Below are positions 34,943 to 37,711 of a stretch of DNA of 37,711 nt, piece by piece. The DNA is from an uncultured Leptospirales bacterium. Its GTDB lineage: Bacteria > Spirochaetota > UBA4802 > UBA5550. A program made the translations under genes and the position numbers. The notes under the pieces are model-generated. The model had not been told where the DNA came from. It ran no database searches and saw only the letters and a program-made list of their open reading frames with translations. Where the stretch lies: NCBI GenBank assembly GCA_964440335.1, contig CAYTSF010000004.1:1-37711 (forward strand), given 5' to 3'. Positions within the stretch are counted from its first letter, which is position 1. Every line of letters begins with the position of its first letter.

Positions 34943-36382
34943 CTATGAGTTAAGTTTTTTAAGGAGCAGTTCGTTTACGAGTCTGGGATTTGCCTTCCCC
35001 TTTGATTCTTTCATTATCTGTCCGACCAGGAACCCGAAGGCTTTTTCCTTGCCTCCTTTATAATCATCCACAGACTGCATGTTGGATTCGATTACACGGT
35101 CTATGATGCCTTCAATCTCGGAGGAATCGCTAACCTGTTTCATCCCCTTTTCCTGAACAATAGTTTCTGCAGGTTTGCCAGTATCTATCATCTCCCTGAA
35201 AACGGTCTTTGCGATCTTGCCGCTTATGGTATCATCATCGATGAGTTTAAGCAGCGATGCGAGGTTTGCGGGTTTAACCTGGAATTCCGAAATGAGTTCA
35301 GGGTCATCGAGCTGTCCCATGAGTTCGCTCATGATCCAGTTCGATGCCTTCTTGGCATTAGCGCCGCTGCTGATTACCTCCTCGTAGTAGTCGGCCATCT
35401 GCCTCACGGCAGTCAGTATCTCTGCGTCGTACTGCGGAATGCCGTGCTGTTCCATGAAACGCTTCATGCGCGCATCGGGAAGTTCCGGCAGCTGCGATCT
35501 CAGGGAATCAACGTATTCCCTGTTGATAACAATGGGAGTAAGGTCAGGATCAGGAAAATACCTGTAATCGTGGGCATCCTCCTTTGACCTCATGCTGTAG
35601 GTCTCCTGCCTGTCATTGTCCCATAGCCTTGTCTCCTGGATAATGGCGCTTTTTTCGCCGGATTCTATGAGAGAGACCTGTCGCTCTATTTCATAATGAA
35701 TTGAGGCCTTTACAGCCTTGAATGAGTTGAGGTTTTTAATCTCGACCTTTTCACCAAATGGTACTGTGCCTTTCTCTCGGATGGATATATTAACGTCGCA
35801 GCGCAGGCTCCCTTCCTCCATGTTGACATCCGATACACCGGTATATTTTATTATGGACTTGAGTTTAGAGAGGTAATCGTATGCCTCGTCAGCTGACCTC
35901 ATGTCAGGTTCAGATACAATCTCTGCCAGTGGGACTCCCGTCCTGTTTAAATCAACGTACGATATGCTGGCAGACTTATCTTCGGGGTGTATGGATTTCC
36001 CGGCGTCCTCCTCCATGTGCAGCCTTGTGATGCCGATACGCTTGTTCCCTGCGGGAGTCGTGATGTCGATGAATCCCCCGAGGCAGATGGGTTTATCGTA
36101 CTGTGAAATCTGGTATGCCTTGGGAAGGTCCGGATAAAAATAGTTTTTCCTGTCGAATTTGCAGTACTCTGCAATCCGGCAGTTAAGCGCCAGGCCTGCA
36201 ATTATGGCCTTTTCAAGGGCATTTTTATTCAGCACGGGCAGTACTCCGGGCATGCCGAGGCATACCGGGCATGTCTGGGTATTGGGCTGGGCACCGAACT
36301 TTGTTGAACAGCCGCAGAAAATCTTTGTTTCAGTATTAAGCTGAACGTGTACTTCAAGCCCTATGACCGGTTCATATTGCAT
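34943..36382 (-). CDS. gatB: Asp-tRNA(Asn)/Glu-tRNA(Gln) amidotransferase subunit B
   Basis: [51 protein letters not shown], and a C-terminal GatB/YqeY helical domain. Confidence 0.92.
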   Translation of the reverse strand: MQYEPVIGLEVHVQLNTETKIFCGCSTKFGAQPNTQTCPVCLGMPGVLPVLNKNALEKAIIAGLALNCRIAEYCKFDRKNYFYPDLPKAYQISQYDKPICLGGFIDITTPAGNKRIGITRLHMEEDAGKSIHPEDKSASISYVDLNRTGVPLAEIVSEPDMRSADEAYDYLSKLKSIIKYTGVSDVNMEEGSLRCDVNISIREKGTVPFGEKVEIKNLNSFKAVKASIHYEIERQVSLIESGEKSAIIQETRLWDNDRQETYSMRSKEDAHDYRYFPDPDLTPIVINREYVDSLRSQLPELPDARMKRFMEQHGIPQYDAEILTAVRQMADYYEEVISSGANAKKASNWIMSELMGQLDDPELISEFQVKPANLASLLKLIDDDTISGKIAKTVFREMIDTGKPAETIVQEKGMKQVSDSSEIEGIIDRVIESNMQSVDDYKGGKEKAFGFLVGQIMKESKGKANPRLVNELLLKKLNS

Positions 36383-36496
36383 ATACGCCTCTTTATATTA
36401 TGCTTGATTTATTTAAGGAACAAATTGTCATATTTTTTGTCAAGTAAACAAAAGGGTTTATGGCAAACCTCTTTATCCATTAAAACCGGGGTAAGA

Positions 36497-36967
36497 TTGA
36501 AGAGTAAAATTTCTCTGCTTATTGTTTCAGCTATGGTGGCATTGCTTACGGGACTTGGCATAGGCTTACCCGCGGGTAGTTTTTTCCGTAATTCCGCATT
36601 GAATGGAAATTTTTACCTTCCTGCGCTCTGTTTCAGGCCATCACGGAATTTTCTTGAGATGATTCAGCGTCTGGATGATGTGGATGACCTGAAGAGGCTT
36701 TCAGGCTACTACATCTACAGAGAGACAGGGCTCACAGACCTGAACTTTCTCTACACCAGGTACAGGTTCGATGAAACCGTACTGATACGAAAAACAATTA
36801 TATGGATTGCCTCATCAGAACCGGATAAAAAAAAATTGGCTGGTTTTTACAGTAAAATATTTGAAATAAGCCCTGCTGAATTACAGAATGTCATCACTGC
36901 CCGGGTTGAATCGCTTGGCAAAGAGGTATATATTGATTTTGTATCAAAACATAAAATACAAAAATAG
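36497..36967 (+). CDS. Membrane-anchored hypothetical protein
   Basis: The track ORF starts at 36347 and would overlap the gatB start region. The in-frame TTG at 36497 gives a typical K-rich N-terminus plus TM anchor (KSKISLLIVSAMVALLTGLGIGL). The ATG at 36533 is an alternative. Confidence 0.4.
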   Translation: MKSKISLLIVSAMVALLTGLGIGLPAGSFFRNSALNGNFYLPALCFRPSRNFLEMIQRLDDVDDLKRLSGYYIYRETGLTDLNFLYTRYRFDETVLIRKTIIWIASSEPDKKKLAGFYSKIFEISPAELQNVITARVESLGKEVYIDFVSKHKIQK

Positions 36968-36976
36968 AGGATATTT

Positions 36977-37345
36977 ATGAAAAAGATCATCTCAATAATC
37001 GCCATGTCACTTGCTCTTTATACCGGATGTTCTTCAAACACTCCGCTTTTTGTGCAGTCAAACCCGAGTTTTATCAGTGAAGAGTTTACTTCGGACGATA
37101 CATACATCATTGTTTGCAGAGGTTATGCAAAGCCAGGCCTGAAGGGCCTTGCGATTCGTGAATCAGCGCAGGAAGGGGCACGCCTCAGCGCCTACTATTT
37201 TGTTATGGAAAAGTTTGATGAGACTGTAAAACCCGAAGTTGACGGAAAGGTTCTGAAATATGAGATGGAGGATAACTCCGCCATAGTATACTTTGAGGTG
37301 CATAAAAGCAATCTTAAAAAAAGAATAAAAAAACAGCAGCAGTGA
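36977..37345 (+). CDS. Small lipoprotein, function unknown
   Basis: Signal peptide with a canonical lipobox (LALYTGCSS). GAGGA lies upstream of the ATG. Confidence 0.6.
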   Translation: MKKIISIIAMSLALYTGCSSNTPLFVQSNPSFISEEFTSDDTYIIVCRGYAKPGLKGLAIRESAQEGARLSAYYFVMEKFDETVKPEVDGKVLKYEMEDNSAIVYFEVHKSNLKKRIKKQQQ

Positions 37346-37361
37346 CAATACAGGTTAAACA

Positions 37362-37711
37362 ATGAATACGATGAACGGAACAGAATACGTTGACGACCTT
37401 TGCCGCAGGGCACAGGGGGCTAAAAGAGAGGTATCAAACCTTTCAACAAACAATAAAAACAGGATTCTCACACAGATAAGCAGCAGGCTCAGGAAAATGA
37501 GCAGCGAGATTATTTTACAGAACGCAAAAGACCTCAGGGCAGCAGAGGCCGCAGGCGTTTCAAAAGCTTTCTATGACAGGCTGCTCCTGGATGAAAAGCG
37601 GATCGACGCAATGGCCAGGTCTGTTGATGAAATCGCGGCCTTTGAGGACCCCATAGGCCGCGTCGAAAGCATGAAGACAAGGCCCTCAGGAATCCGTGTA
37701 GGCCAGATGCG
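37362..37711 (+). CDS. proA: Gamma-glutamyl phosphate reductase, 5' part (runs off the window)
   Basis: The open frame from the ATG at 37362 reads MNTMNGTEYVDDLCRRAQGAKREVSNLSTNNKNRILTQISSRLRKMSSEIILQNAKDLRAAEAAGVSKAFYDRLLLDEKRIDAMARSVDEIAAFEDPIGRV. It is colinear with the ProA N-terminus (..KNRxL..IA..L......I...N..D......G.s.a..DRL.L...R......). Absent from the ORF track because it has no stop. Confidence 0.8.
   Translation, partial: MNTMNGTEYVDDLCRRAQGAKREVSNLSTNNKNRILTQISSRLRKMSSEIILQNAKDLRAAEAAGVSKAFYDRLLLDEKRIDAMARSVDEIAAFEDPIGRVESMKTRPSGIRVGQM

Noticed and set aside
1-37711. Search for CRISPR arrays, IS elements or integrases, tRNA/rRNA/tmRNA/RNase P/SRP RNA, and obvious defence or toxin-antitoxin cassettes.
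   Set aside because: I found no regularly spaced direct repeats, no transposase or recombinase motifs in any frame of the track, no cloverleaf-like or conserved RNA cores in the spacers, and no nuclease, ATPase or toxin pairs. This visual scan could miss short or degenerate elements.

Overview
The window is a chromosomal segment from a moderately AT-rich bacterium. It is probably an uncultivated diderm: it has lipobox lipoproteins, PBP1A, a fliS gene, Shine-Dalgarno sites, and many TTG starts and TGn extended -10 boxes. I see no rRNA, tRNA, CRISPR array, transposase or integrase.

Layout:
- 1-157: the 3' end of a umuC-type polymerase gene.
- 166-5618, minus strand: an MBL-fold lipoprotein, a 937-aa polytopic membrane protein, a NUDIX hydrolase and a TPR-like protein.
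- 5619-7126: about 1.5 kb of mostly non-coding DNA holding one stand-alone cereblon-type (CULT) domain gene.
- 7127-27205: a 20-kb gene string, all on the plus strand and almost gapless. In order it contains a GT4 glycosyltransferase, an OmpR-family regulator with a degenerate receiver, a Yej-like peptide ABC importer (5 genes), a lipoprotein, a PPP phosphatase, an FGE-like protein, a membrane HAMP-PP2C(SpoIIE)-TPR phosphatase, rlmN, PBP1A, an M23 peptidase, a tandem-HTH XRE protein and two CNNM/CorC paralogs.
- 27209-27556: a divergent HIT gene, followed by a 414-bp AT-rich spacer.
- 27971-33050: a STAS-like small protein coupled to a degenerate HD-GYP protein, then an SplB-like radical SAM enzyme, prfB (no frameshift) and an unknown protein.
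- 33047-36382, minus strand: gatB-purC-fliS-ORF.
- 36497 to the end: two small envelope proteins and the 5' end of proA.

Most worth a second look: the STAS-like/HD-GYP(GYG) pair, the orphan CULT gene with its structured flanks, the glycosyltransferase plus pseudo-receiver regulator, a roughly 28-nt element shared by two upstream regions, and the internally duplicated 937-aa membrane protein. All calls rest on reading motifs by eye. No searches were run.
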